NCBI GenBank assembly: GCA_035221665.1
Contig: CM069160.1
Coordinates: 31,372,001-31,436,000 of the forward strand
DNA length: 64,000 bases
From: Okamejei kenojei
Lineage: Eukaryota
Direction of reading: 5' to 3'
The notes under the pieces are model-generated. The model made no database searches, had not been told where the DNA came from, and worked only from the letters and a program-made list of their open reading frames with translations. Position 1 is the first letter of the stretch. Each line of letters opens with the position of its first letter. Positions 1-12,146 of the stretch are shown here, piece by piece. The position numbers were made by a program, and so were the translations under genes.

Positions 1-680
1 AGGATATCTTATTGAAACATATAAGATTATTAAGGGATTGGACAAGCTAGAGGCAGGAAAAATGTTCCCAATGTTGGGCGAGTCTAGAACCAGGGATCAC
101 AGTCTTAGAATAAAGGGAAGGCCATTTAAGACTGAGGTGAGAAAACAACTTTTTCACCCAGAGAGTTGTGAATTTGTGGAATTCCCTGCCACAGAGGGCA
201 GTGGAGGCCAAATCACTGGATGGATTTAAGAGAGAGTTAGATTGTGCTCTGGGGGCTAGTGAGTCAAGGGATATGGGGAGAAGGCAGGCATGGGTTATTG
301 ATTGGGGACGATCAGCCATGATCACAATGAATGGCGGTGCTGGCTCTAAGGGCCGAATGGCCTCCTCCTGCACATATTTTCTATGTTTCAATGTTTCTAA
401 GAATAAGGGGTAAGCCATTTTGAACGGAGACGATGAAAGACTTTTTCTCACGGAGAGATGTGAGTCTGTGGAATTCTCTGCCTCAGAGGGCGGTTCTCTG
501 GATACTTTCAAGAGAGAGCTGGATAGGTCTCTTAAAGATAGCGGGGTCAGGGGATATGGGGAGAAGGCAGGAACGGGGTGCTGATAGGGGATGATCAGCC
601 GTGATCACATTGAATGGCGGTGCTGGCTCGAAGGGCCGAATGGCCTACTCCTGCACCTATTGTCTATTGTCTACTGTCTA
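1..680 (+). mobile_element. Two tandem 3' fragments of CR1/HER1-type LINE
   Basis: ORF2 C-terminus ([16 protein letters not shown]...WNSLP), conserved 3'UTR, and (CTATGTTT)n / (CTATTGT)n tails. Confidence 0.9.
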
Positions 681-1176
681 TTGAGTCGCTCTCTACGGAT
701 TATGAGTGGAGTCTGGTGTATTTCTCCGCATGGGGTGAATATGCCATTCTGGCAGCTGCGGTTAAGTGCCGCCCCTAACACCCCAAGTGCCCTGCGGTAT
801 TCGGCAGCGATCTTCGCACTGCAGACTACCCACATTCGAGTGGATGGTAGCTCTGGTAGCCACGGTATCGGGGTGGCTGTTTCAGCTTCTGTGTGAGTAT
901 GCGGTCAGCTTGTTATTCAGCCAGCCTTACAAACACGAGCGGCCTTTGGACTTGGATTTACTTTAAACCGACGGGTTGCAGGGCACTCGGCTTATCAACT
1001 GTGTGCTTTTAAACTGGAATGAACCATGACCCCGGAGCGGGTCAAAGCCAGATGGAAGCTCAAGTGGCCTTGAGGCTGTGTTTTGCCAGCGCCCAGCCAA
1101 CTCTTGTGTTTCACTGCGATTTTTCAATTGCACTGTCTCTTGCCGGCAGTGCCGTTTTCTTTTCACAAGGTAGACA

Positions 1177-2018
1177 CAGCAGGCATTGAAGAAAGCTAAT
1201 GGCATGTTGGCCTTTATAACAAGAGGAGTAGAATATAGGAGCAAAGAGGCCCTTCTGCAGTTGTACAGTGCCCTAGTGAGACCACACTTTGTGTGCGGTT
1301 TTGCTCCCCTAATTTGAGGAAGGACATTCTTGCTATTGAGGGAGTGCAGCGTAGGTTTGCAAGGTTAATTCCAGGGATGGCGGGACTGTCATATGCTGAG
1401 AGAATGGAACGGCTGGGCTTGTACACTCTGGAGTTTAGAAGGATGAGGTAAGATCACATCTGGAGTATTGTGCACAGTTTTGCTCTCCTAATTTGAGGAA
1501 GGACATCCTTGTGATTGAGGAAGTGCAGCGTAGGTTCACGAGATTGATCCCTGGGATGGCGGGACTGTCATATGAGGAAAGATTGAAAAGACTAGGCTTG
1601 TATTTACTGGAGTTTAGAAGGATGAGGAGGGATCTTATAGAAACATAAAAGGACTGGACAAGCTAGGTGCAGGAAAAATGTTCCCAATGTTGGGCGAGTC
1701 CAGAACCAGGGGCCACAGTCTTAGAATAAAGGGGAGGTCATTTAAGACTGAGGTGAGAAAAAACGTTTTTACCCAGAGAGTTGTGAATTTGTGGAATTCC
1801 CTGCCACAGAGGGCAGTGGAGGCCAAATCACTGGATGGATTTAAGAGAGAGTTAGATAGAGCTCTAGGGGGTTAGTGGAATCAAGGGATGTGGGGAGAAG
1901 GCAGGCACGGGTTATTGATCAGGGACGATCAGCCATGATCACAATGAATGGCGGTGCTGGCTCGAAGGGCCGAATGGCCTCCTCCTGCACCTATTTTCTA
2001 TGTTTCTATGTTTCTATG
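1177..2018 (+). mobile_element. Composite CR1-type LINE fragments
   Basis: [24 protein letters not shown]-type coding remnants plus 3' tail. Confidence 0.85.
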
Positions 2019-5000
2019 TTAAAATGCTGGAGTAACTCAGCGGATGAGGCAGCACCTATGGAGGGAAGGAATGGGTGACGTTTCGGGTCGAGACCCTTCT
2101 TCAGACTTTCTTCTTCTGACAAGGCCAACATTCATAGCCCAGCCATAATTGCCCCTGCGAGGGCCGAGAGTTGCAGTGAGCCTCCCACGACCTTCTCGGC
2201 CAGTTGAGAGCTCCATGTTTGGCACTGGTCTGGAGTCACATATAAGCAAGGGTTGGTAAGAATGGCAGGTTGTTAAATGATCCCGAAACCCAAAACATCG
2301 CTTATCCATTCCCTCCACAGGTCGACACAAACAGCTGCAGTAACTCAGTGGGTCAGACAGCTTCTTTCCGTGACGTTTCGGTAGAGACCCCCCAGCCGCA
2401 ACCTCTCGAGAGAGGTATTTCCCGGGTCTGCCATATGCTGAGAGAATGGAGCGGCTGGGCTTGTACACTCTGGAGTTTAGAAGGATGAGAGGGTATCTCA
2501 TTGAAACATAAGATTGTTAAGGGTTTGGACACGCTAGAGGCAGGAAACATTTTCCCGTTGTTGGGGGAGTCCGGAACCAGGGGCCACACACAGTTTAAGA
2601 ATAAGGGGTAGGCCATTTAGAACGGAGACGAGGAAACACTTTTTCTCACAGAGAGTTGTGAGTCTGTGGAATTCTCTGCCTCAGGTTGACGCAGGTTCTC
2701 TGGATACTTTCCAGAGAGAGCTAGGTAGGGCTCTTAAAGATAGCAGAGTCAGGGGATATGGGGAGAAGGCAGGAACGGGGTACTGATCATGGATGATCAG
2801 CCTTGATCACATTGAATGGTGGTGCTAGCTCGAAGGGCCGAATTGCCTCCTCTTGCACCTATTTTCTATGTTTCTATGTTAAAATGCCGGAGCAGCGCCT
2901 ATGGAGAGAAGGAATGGGTGACGTTAGTGGTCGAGACCCTCCTTCAGATGAGGAAACACTTTTTCACACAGAGAGTTGTGAGTCTGTGGAATTCTCTGCC
3001 TCAGAGGGCGGTGGAGGCCGGTTCTCTGGATACTTCCAAGAGAGAGCCCAGAACTAGGGGATCACAGTTTAAGAATAAGGGGTAAACCTTTTAGAACAGG
3101 AGATGGGGGTGCAGCTCTCGGCGTCTTCAGTTCCGGTCGTCTCCGTTCTAAATGGCCAACCCCTTATTCTTAAACGGTGGCCCCTGGTTCTGGACTCCCC
3201 CAACATCGGGAACATGTTTCCTGCCTCTAGCGTGTCCAAGTGTGAGATTGTGCTTTTGAGGAGATTGAATGTTAGGGGAAGCGATACCCTTATCGGTAAG
3301 ACCCTTAACAGCATTACATGCACAGGGTCGCAGTTCAGAGCTCGCTTCATGTGACAGCACAGATATATAGGGTGGTAAATACGGTCTGCTTGCCTTCCTT
3401 GCTCGGTCTTGTAATATAAGTGTCAGGGAGTTATGATGCAGTTCCATGCGTCTTCAGTTTGGCCACATCTGCTGCATTGCGTGCAGATCCAGTCATCTCA
3501 TTTGCAGGAAGACGTGGAGGTTTTTGGAGAAGGCACAGTTAATCAGAATGCTACCTGGATTGGAGGATCTCCGATACGGGGAGAGTTTGGATACACTTGG
3601 ATTGTTTCCTCTGGAACGGCCGAGGTTGAGGATAGACGCGGCACAGACCTTGTCTTGTGCTGTAATGTTCAAAGTTCTCCGCTCTAATTTCCCCAGTAAC
3701 TTCTTCTCACCTACCCTGACGGTATCGGCTGAGAGCTGGCACCGACTAGATGGGCTGAACGCACTCTTGGCAACTCAGGGGGGATCTTATAGAACCGTAC
3801 AAAATTCTCAAGGGGTTGAACAGGCTGGATGCAGGAAGATTATTCCCGATGTTGGGAGAGTCCAGAACAAGGGGTCACAGTTTAAGGATAAGGGGGAAGT
3901 CTTTTAGGATCGAGATGAGAAATAAACATTTTTCACACAGACAGTGGTGAATCTGTGGAATTCTCTGCCAGTGAGGCCAGTTCATTGGTTATATTGAAGA
4001 GGGAGTTAGATGTGGCCCTTGTGGCTAACGGGATCAGGGGGTATGGAGAGAAGGCAGGTACAGGATACTGAGTTGGATGATCAGCCATGATCATCTTGAA
4101 TGGCGGTGCAGGCTCGAAGGGCCGAATGGCCTACTCCTGTACCTATTTTCTATGTTTCTATGTGTAAACATGAGAGGGAGATTTCTGACATGGTGCACAT
4201 GCAGCTGAATGTCCGTGTCAGCGTTGCTTTCATTGCCATTTCACAATGACCGGGGTGAGCCCGAGTTCAAATCCAAAGGAGCTTACTCAGTAACACAGCG
4301 CTCAGTGAAACACGAAGGAACTCTGAACGCATGCTACACGTGTCGCCTCAACCTCACCTGTAGGACCCGGTGCTATCTCTGCTAGTTCAGAAGCCGACAA
4401 ACTTTGCAAATCTTTCATGAGATGTTCAGCCTTCAGAGATTAATTGCATTCACCTGATTACGTCAATACATTTGCTTTTCTCCATATTTCCTGTGCAAGT
4501 CAAGGGATATGGGGAGAAGGCAGGAACGGGGTACCGATTGTGGACCAGGGGCCACACAGTTTAAGAATAAGGGGCAAGCCATTTAGAACGGAGACAAGGA
4601 AACACTTTTTCACTCAGAGTGTTGTGAGTCTGTGGAATTCTCTGCCTCTGAGGGCGGTGGAGGTCGGTTCTCTGGATGCTTTCAAGAGAGAGCTAGATAG
4701 GGCTCTTAAAGATAGCAGAGTCAGGGGATATGAGGAGAAGGCAGGAACGGGGTACTGATTGGGGATGATCAGCCATGATCACATTGAACGGTGGTGCTGG
4801 AAGGGCCAAATGGCCTCCTCCTGCACCTACTGTCTATTGTCTATTGTCTATAATATGAAATGTTGCTAACCTTCGTTAAAACACATGGAAAAAATTGCAA
4901 GTGAGTATCGACTGAGCTGGAAACACAATTTGGCCAAAATGCATTATTTAGCATGACTTGCATAACTTCAAGTCAAACTCTGCTTATCGTCGGGGCCTTG

Positions 5001-6198
5001 CACCCATATCATCTCCATCTATCTCCTGCTCAAACGAGACCAAGACTAAACCGGAATGTCGCTTTCAATCCAGGGCGGCAATTCGGTCTAAGACCAAGTG
5101 ACAATATCTGCGGGACACCAGCACATCTCACCGATTGAGTATTGTAGAAGGCCATTCAACCCTTCGAGGCTGTTCTTCCTCTCCGGCAGCTCACAGCTGG
5201 TGTGCTCCTGAACGCCAACTTGCCTTCCATCCCCGCCCCGCCTGCAAAGACAACGCCAACCCTTTTTCTCAAAACGCGAAAGGCCGCGTATCCATGTCCT
5301 CCAGAGATGATGCCTGACCACCTGAGTCACTCCAGCATATGGTGTCTTTCTTTGGTACTTGTGCAGGTTTGGTCCCCTAATTTGAGGAAGGACATTCTTG
5401 CTATTGAGGGAGTGCAGCGTAGGTTTACAAGGTTAATTCCCGGGATGGCAGGACTGTCATATGCTGAGAGAATGGGGCGGCTGGGCTTGTATGGAAACAT
5501 AGAAACATAGAAAATAGGTGCAGGAGTAGGCCATTCGGCCCTTCGAGCCTGCACCACCATTCAATATGATCATGGCTGATCATCCAACTCAGTATCCTGT
5601 ACCTGCCTTCTCTCCATACCCCCTGATCCCTTTAGCCACAAGGGCCACATCTAACTCCCTCTTAAATATAGCCAATGAACTGGCCTCATACTCTGAAGTT
5701 TAGAAGGATGAGAGGGGAACTTATTGAAACATATAAGATTATTAAGGGTTTGGACACGCGAGAGGCAGGAAACATGTTCCCGATTTTGGGGGAATCCAGA
5801 ACCAGGGGCCACAGTTTTAGAATATTTAGAACGGAGACGAGGAAACATTTTTTTCTCACAGGGAGTAGTGAGTCTGTGGAATTCTCTGCCTCAGATGGTG
5901 GTGGAGGCCGGTTCTGTGGATGCTTTCAAGAGAGAGCTAGATAGGGCTGTTCTAAATAGCGGAGTCAGGGGATATGGGGAGAAGGCAGGAACGGGGTACT
6001 GATTGGGGATGATCAGCCATGATCACATTGAATGGTGGTGCTGGCTCGAAGGGCCGAATGGCCTCCTCCTGCACCTATTGTCTAATGTCGGTTGTCTACT
6101 TCCTTGCATCGTTAAAGTGGGCATGGGTCCATGTGTCCGTTGCCCGAATGAATGAGACTTATGCAGAAAAAAATGTAACATTGGGGAGTCCAGTCCTA

Positions 6199-6413
6199 GT
6201 TAATAAGTGAGCCATTAATTTGTACATTGGACTCTTGCCAGGAGCAGATAGTCTCCACCGTGAGCAAGTCGGGATTCAATCAACCGCCCTCCTCTTGGAT
6301 CTAAGCCTCTTGGCTCTGAGAATTGGCCCGACCCGGTGGAGTGCACGGTTCCCTGCTCGCCCCGGGACCCTTCAAGCCCCGACCTCCTCCAGCCAGGTGG
6401 CGGCGCTGGGAAG
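6199..6413 (+). promoter_or_regulatory. Putative proximal promoter/5'UTR of the Ig-like gene
   Basis: Unique, CpG-containing stretch just upstream of the leader ATG. Contains HNF1-like GTTAATAAGTGAG (6199-6211) and inverted CCAAT (ATTGG, 6226-6230). No Ig octamer seen. Confidence 0.3.
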
Positions 6414-6450
6414 ATGTGGTGCCTCCTGATACCGTTCCTTATTTATCCAG
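6414..6450 (+). CDS. Candidate leader (signal peptide) exon of the non-rearranging Ig-like gene
   Basis: aagATG (A at -3) opens MWCLLIPFLIYP+g and ends at the strong donor CAG|GTATGG in phase 1. Spliced to the V exon it gives MWCLLIPFLIYPG-LARA|DDTL, a hydrophobic 17-aa leader with an A-x-A cleavage site. It lies in non-repeat GC-rich sequence. Confidence 0.7.
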
Positions 6451-7685
6451 GTATGGCTCTCGTGGTCGTGAGGCAGAGCGGCCTTGTGCCTCTCCTCTCT
6501 ATGTTACCGAAGCTCTGACCAGCTGGATAGTCCTAGTTGGCGGGACCCCACTGAACGGCTCACCCCCCGTGGGATTGAGTCTGCGCTACGAGTCGTGGAC
6601 AGTCGCTGAGAACGTTGTTACGATGCCAATACGCGGTACAATAGAGAATAGAATAGAATAGACAATAGACAATAGGTGCAGGAGGAGGCCATTCGGCCCT
6701 TCCAGCCAGCACCGCCATTCAATGGGACCATGGCTGATCATCCCCAATCAGTACCCCGTTCCTGCCTTCTCCCCATATCCCCTGACACCGCTATCTTTAA
6801 GTGCTCTCACTAGCTCTCTCTTGAAAGTAATCAGAGAACCGACCTCCACCGCCCTCTGAGGCAGAGAATTCCACAGACTCACAACACTGTGAGAAAAAGT
6901 GTTTCCTCGTCTCTGTTTTAAATGGCCGACCCCTTATTCTTAAACTGTGGCCCCTGGTTCTGGACTCCCCCAACATCGGGAACATGTTTCCTGCCTCGAG
7001 CGAGTCCCAATCCTTAATAATCTTACATGTTTCAATAAGATCCCCTCTCATCCTTCTAAACTCCAGAGAATACAAGCCCAGCCACTTCATTCTCTCAGCA
7101 TTTGACAGTCCCGCCATCTCGGGAATTAACCTTGTAAACCTACGGGGTAGAGGAATCAAGAACCAGAGTGACATTGGTTGAAGATGAGAGGAGACATATT
7201 TAATAGGACCCAGAGGGCAACGTTTCATCTCAAGGATTGGTGGGCATATGGAAAGAGCTGCCAGTGGAGGTTGTTGAGACTGGTACAATTTTATATTTTA
7301 ACCTTTATTTAACCAGGAGAAGTCTCATTGAGATTAAAAATCTCTTTTATAAGAGAGTCCTATATTTAAATTAGAGTCCAATAGCAATATTTAAAATATT
7401 TTGGACATGTATGTGGATAGGAAATGCTTAGACTCTGAAACACAAATCTTTGGAGGGATATGGGTCAACTCGAGCAATTGGACTAACATTGAGAGGGCAT
7501 CTTGGTCGGCACGGACGAGTTGGGCCGAGAAGCCTGTTTCCGTGTTGTATGAATCTATGGATCTAATTATTGAAGGTGTTAAGTTAATAGGGGGAGGGCC
7601 ATTGGGTTGGCCGCAGAGAGCCATCACAGGCAAGATGGGCCAAAAAACATCCATCTATGCTGAAAGGTGGCTGCTGATGAATGAT

Positions 7686-8455
7686 TGAAAAACAGGAAGG
7701 CAGATTACTATCTAAATGGTGTCGTTGGGAAAAGGGGAAGTACAACGGGATCTGGGGGGGTCCTTGTTCATCAGTCTATGAACGTAAGCATGCAGGTACA
7801 GCAGGCAGTGAAGAAAGTTAATGGCATGTTGGCCTTCATAACAAGAGGAGTCGAGTATAGGAGCAAAGAGGCCCTTCTGAGCCCTAGTGAGACCACACCT
7901 GGATTATTGTGTGCAGGTTTGGTCCCCTAATTTGAAGAAGGACATTCTTGCTATTGAGGGAGTGCAGCGTAGGTTTACAAGGTTATTTCCCGGGATGGCG
8001 GGACTGTCATATGCTGAGACAATGGAGCAGCTGGGCTTGTACACTCTGGAGTTTGGAAGGATGAGAGGGGGTCTTATTGAAAAATATAAGACTGTTAAGG
8101 ATTTTGACACGTTAGAGGCAGGAAACATGTTCCCAATGTTTGGGGAGTCTAGAACCAGGGGCCACAGTTTAAGAATAAGATGTAAGCCATTTAGAACGAA
8201 GACAAGGAAACACTTTTTCTCACAGAGAGTGGTGAGTCTGTGGAATTCTCTGCCTCAGGGGGCGGTGGAGGCCGGTTCTCTGGATACTTTCAATGGAGAG
8301 TTAGATAGGGTTCTTAAAGATTGCGGAGTCAAGAGATATGGGGAGAAGGCAGGAACGGGGTACTGATTGGGGATGATCAGCTGTGATCACAGTGAATGGC
8401 GGTGCTGGCTCAAAGGGCCGAATGGCCTCCTCCTGCACCTATTGTCTATTGTCTA
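7686..8455 (+). mobile_element. CR1-type LINE 3' fragment (Ig-like gene intron 1)
   Basis: RPHLDYCVQVWSP...WNSLP...GEKAGTGY plus CTATTGT tail. Confidence 0.9.
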
Positions 8456-9429
8456 TCCTATCAATTCCGCTCGTGACGTTATACGCCTCTATAAGGTCAC
8501 CCCTTATCCACATGCAGTAAAGTCCTAGCCGGTGAAACATCTCCCGACGGTCTTCACGTCCAGGCAACGCCTTTGTAAGTCTTCACTGCGCCCATTCCAG
8601 CTTCATCTTTTCCCGTAGAAGCGTGACTAAAACTGAACATTATATTCCAAATGCACACTGGCAATGATGGTGTACGCGGTAACATAACGTCCCAGCTCAA
8701 TATTCTATTTCCCTGACTGAAGAAGGACAGTATGCCAACAATCTTCGTCAGCGCCTTATCTTACATAGAAACATTGAAACATAGAAATTAGGTGCAGGAG
8801 GAGGCCATTCGGCCCTTCGAGCCAGCACCGCCATTCCTTGTGATCATGGCTGATCGTCCCCAATCAATAACCCGTGCCTGCCTTCTCCCCATATCCCTGC
8901 ACTCCACTAGCCCCTAGAGCTCTATCTAACTCTCTCTTAAATCCATCCAGTGATTTGGCCTCCACTGCCCTCTGTGGCAGGGAATTCCACAAATTCACAA
9001 CTCTCTGGGTGAAAACGTTTTTTCTCACCTCAGTCTTAAATGACCTCCCCTTTATTCTAAGATTGTGGCCCCTGGTTCTGGACTCGCCCAACATTGGGAA
9101 CATTTTTCCTGCATCTAGCTCGTCCAGTCCTTTCATAATTGTATACGTTTCTATAAGAACCCCCCTCATCCTTCTAAACTCCAGCGAATACAAGCCCAGT
9201 CTTTTCAATCTTTCCTCATATGACAGTTTTGATGACATCTTCCGGTAGGTAGCGACGTTGCTCGATAATAATCCGATGCTCTTTGAGATTCACTGATCAA
9301 GCAGCCTGCCTGCTCACAACTCGAGGCGTTAAACAGGATTCAGGGGTTGGGACCTCATTGAAACGTACAGAATAGTGAAAGACTTGGATAGAGTGGATGT
9401 GGAGAGGATGTTTCCACGAGTGGGAGAGT

Positions 9430-9668
9430 CTTGGACCAGAATCCAGCGTGTGGAGATGGGGGCTCCGCCAGATCCCAGCCTGTGAATGTGGAGCAGAACA
9501 ACAGACAGCCAACCATGTCATCCCTGGGTGCCCGCTCTACCACCCACCAAATGGAGCTCAGGGCCTGGCAGACATTGACACCAACAGAGACAGCAACCTG
9601 GCTGCTCAACACCCGGCTTGAGATCTGAAACTATTCCTTTGGTTTATGTTTCATTCGCAAGAAGAAGG
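9430..9668 (+). mobile_element. Non-LTR element 3' fragment with CCHC-type knuckle (Vingi/I-group-like)
   Basis: CECGAEQQTANHVIPGCP motif followed by a short GAA-repeat tail. Confidence 0.45.
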
Positions 9669-10339
9669 ACTAGAGGTCATGCCCTCGCAATTAAAGGACA
9701 TTCCTTTAAGAAGGAGATGGGGGAGAAATTGCTTTAGTCAGAGGGTGGTGAATCTGTGGAATTATTTACCACAGAAGGCTGTGGAGCCCAAGTCAATGGA
9801 TATTTTTACATAGAAACATAGAAAATAGGTGCAGAAGGAGGCCATTCGGCCCTTCGAGCCAGCACCGCCATTCATTGTGATCATGGCTGATCGTCCGCTA
9901 TCAATAACCCGTGCCTGCCTTCTCCCCATATCCCTTGACTCCACTAGCCCCTAGAGCTCTATCCAACTCTCTCTTGAATCCATCCTGTGACTTGGCCTCC
10001 ACTGCCCTCTGTGGCAGGGAATTCCACAAATTCACAACTCTCTGGGTGGAAAAGTTTTTTCTCACCTCAGTCTTAAATGACCTCCCCTTTATTCTAAGAC
10101 TGTGGCCCCTGGTTCTGGACTCATCCAACATTGGGAACATTTTTCCTGCAACTAGCTTGTCAAAGTCCTTTTATAATTTTATATGTTTCTATAATAGATA
10201 GATTCCTGATTAATATGGGTGTCAGGGGTTATGGGGAGGAGGCAGGAGAATTGGGTTCGGGGGGAGAGATAGATTAGCCATGAACCTTCTGAATGTGTAG
10301 TCGGCTGGGGAATACTCTGCATATCACCAACTTGGATGT

Positions 10340-10780
10340 GTCGTGCATACTCACGTGCTGTTAGTGCCCCCCTAAAAATGTCTAGTGAAGGTGATTTAAT
10401 TATATTGTTGTCTAGTTTATTCCATTCCCTTAAGGGTCTTACAAAGAATGAGTTCTTACAAATATCTGTCCTGGCGAATGGGGTTTCTATTTGCATATCA
10501 TTTCTCTTCTTGTTCTCCTCTCTGTTGAGTATGTTATGCATCTATGCAGTTATGCCCACCATCCCCTTTTGAATCTTGTACAACATGGCTAGTCTGTTCC
10601 TTGCCCTTCTTGTTTCCAGCATTCCCCACTCCAGGTCGGACAGCATCTGGGTGACACTGTTACCTCTATTGTAGTTCCCAATGTAAACGCGCGCTGCTCT
10701 CCTCTGTACCCCTTCTAGTTTGGTGATATGGCCAGTTTTGTATGGGTCCCAGGCGCTTGAGGCATATTCCATGAACATAG
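10340..10780 (-). mobile_element. Divergent CR1/L2-group LINE 3' fragment (Daphne/Crack-like)
   Basis: EYASSAWDPY...LEGVQRRAAR...SVTQMLSDLEW..LETRR..RLAMLYKI...KNSFFVRPLREWNKL, distinct from the dominant local CR1. Confidence 0.7.
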
Positions 10781-11057
10781 AATATTCTCAATTCTGTTAA
10801 CCCTTGCTGTCTCCTCCCCTTCCCATCTCTCCCTCAGCCCTCGGGCTCCTCCTCCTCCTTTTTCCTTTCTTCTCCCCGCCCCCGCCCCCCCCCCACCTCC
10901 CATCAGTCTGAAGAAGGGTTTCGACCCGAAACGTCGCCTATCTCCTTCGCTCCTTAGATGCTGCTGCACCCGCTGAGTTTCTCCAGCCTTTTGTGTACCC
11001 AGGGTCTAACCAATGTTGTATATGCTGTGGTTTTTCCCTTCCTTTGGGCAGAACCAG

Positions 11058-11390
11058 AGGTTTCGTCTATCCCACGGTACGGGTTCATTCCAAGAGCTCT
11101 CCCGAGTTTAAAAAAAAATCAAACTCGTGGTAAGCACGGAGAATGAACGTAGCGGGTATGTCGGGGCTCGGGGACGTCTCTTAGCGGCTCGTAACTCGAA
11201 GTTCAGGTACTCGAGAAGACTCGCTAATGGCAGGTAAGCTCGGGAAGACCCGTGAAGATTTTTCAACATGTTGAAAAATGGCCACGAGAGCCCCGAGTAC
11301 CGACGAGCGGCCATTACCGTAAATTTCCGAGTTTGAATCAGGGCAAACTCGGGAGAACTCTTGGAATGAACTCGTACCGTGGGACAGGGC
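11058..11390. mobile_element. MITE with long terminal inverted repeats (GTCCCAC-type)
   Basis: tcccacggtacgggttcattccaagagctctcccgagttt ... aaactcgggagaactcttggaatgaactcgtaccgtgggaca. Confidence 0.75.
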
Positions 11391-11584
11391 TAGTTTGTAA
11401 TCCTAGTAATGAATCCATGATTGCATGGCAGAGATGATTTGATGGGCCGAATTAACCTAATTCTGCTCCTGTCACGCACGACCTTATGACCTGATGTAAA
11501 ACCAAAGATAGGAATCTCTGCTTCTGCTATTTCTGACTGGCTCTGCTTTCCCCTGAATGTGTGTCTCTCTGCATGTATCTGCAG

Positions 11585-11962
11585 GCCTCGCGCGGGCTGA
11601 CGACACCCTGTACATCTCCCCCATCTCCATGACCCGCCGTGAGAATGAATCGGTGACGCTGGACTGCTTCACATCCAGGAACCTAGACGACCACTTCTTC
11701 ATCTGGGGCTCGGCGAAGCCCACCGACCAGCTCATCTCCTGGATCCTGTACTGGACCCCGGGCTCAGCGGGGTCGCTGTACTCGGTGCCAGGCACCGACC
11801 GGTTCAGCGGTTCCAAGGACTGGACCAGCAAGCGGTTCTCTCTCACCATTAACGGCCTGCAGCGAGAGGACTCGGCCAGGTACTACTGTGGCAGCTCCAA
11901 CACCTACTTCCCCTACAGCACCGACTGGAGCGGATGCGGAGTTACCCTCACTGTCAACGCTG
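11585..11962 (+). CDS. Germline-joined VJ-type Ig variable-domain exon (UrIg-like non-rearranging antigen-receptor-like gene)
   Basis: Acceptor tctgcag| and donor g|gtaggt, phase 1/1. Translation shows V-set hallmarks: SVTLDC, IW, WILY, DRFSGS, FSLTINGLQREDSARYYC, then CDR3 GSSNTYFPYSTD and a J-like WSGCGVTLTV within the same exon. Confidence 0.95.
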
Positions 11963-12146
11963 GTAGGTGGCATCCACGCCGTTCCGGTTTGTTGGCCCTT
12001 GTACCCTCGGTTGCCGCCGCCACGCATCTGGAGGGAATGTGTGTTGGATAGAACTAGTCATAGAGTGATACAGCGGCCCAACATGCCCACACCGGCCAAC
12101 ATGTCCCAGCCACACTCGTCCCACCTGCCTTGGTTTGGTCCTATCC

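Noticed and set aside
844-892. Alternative leader exon MVALVATVSGWLFQLL+t|gtgagt (phase 1, would give ...LLCLARA)
   Set aside because: Plausible but ranked second: weaker Kozak (T at -3), 10.7 kb from V and a less typical junction than 6414-6450. Not excluded without cDNA.
4209-4254. 46-nt phase-1 mini-ORF MSVSALLSLPFHNDR|gtgagc as leader
   Set aside because: The peptide has a short hydrophobic core and a polar/charged C-terminal half, so it is a poor signal peptide.
11884-11890. TACTGTG cryptic RSS heptamer in the V exon
   Set aside because: It is simply the Tyr-Cys codons of YYC; no properly spaced nonamer was seen.
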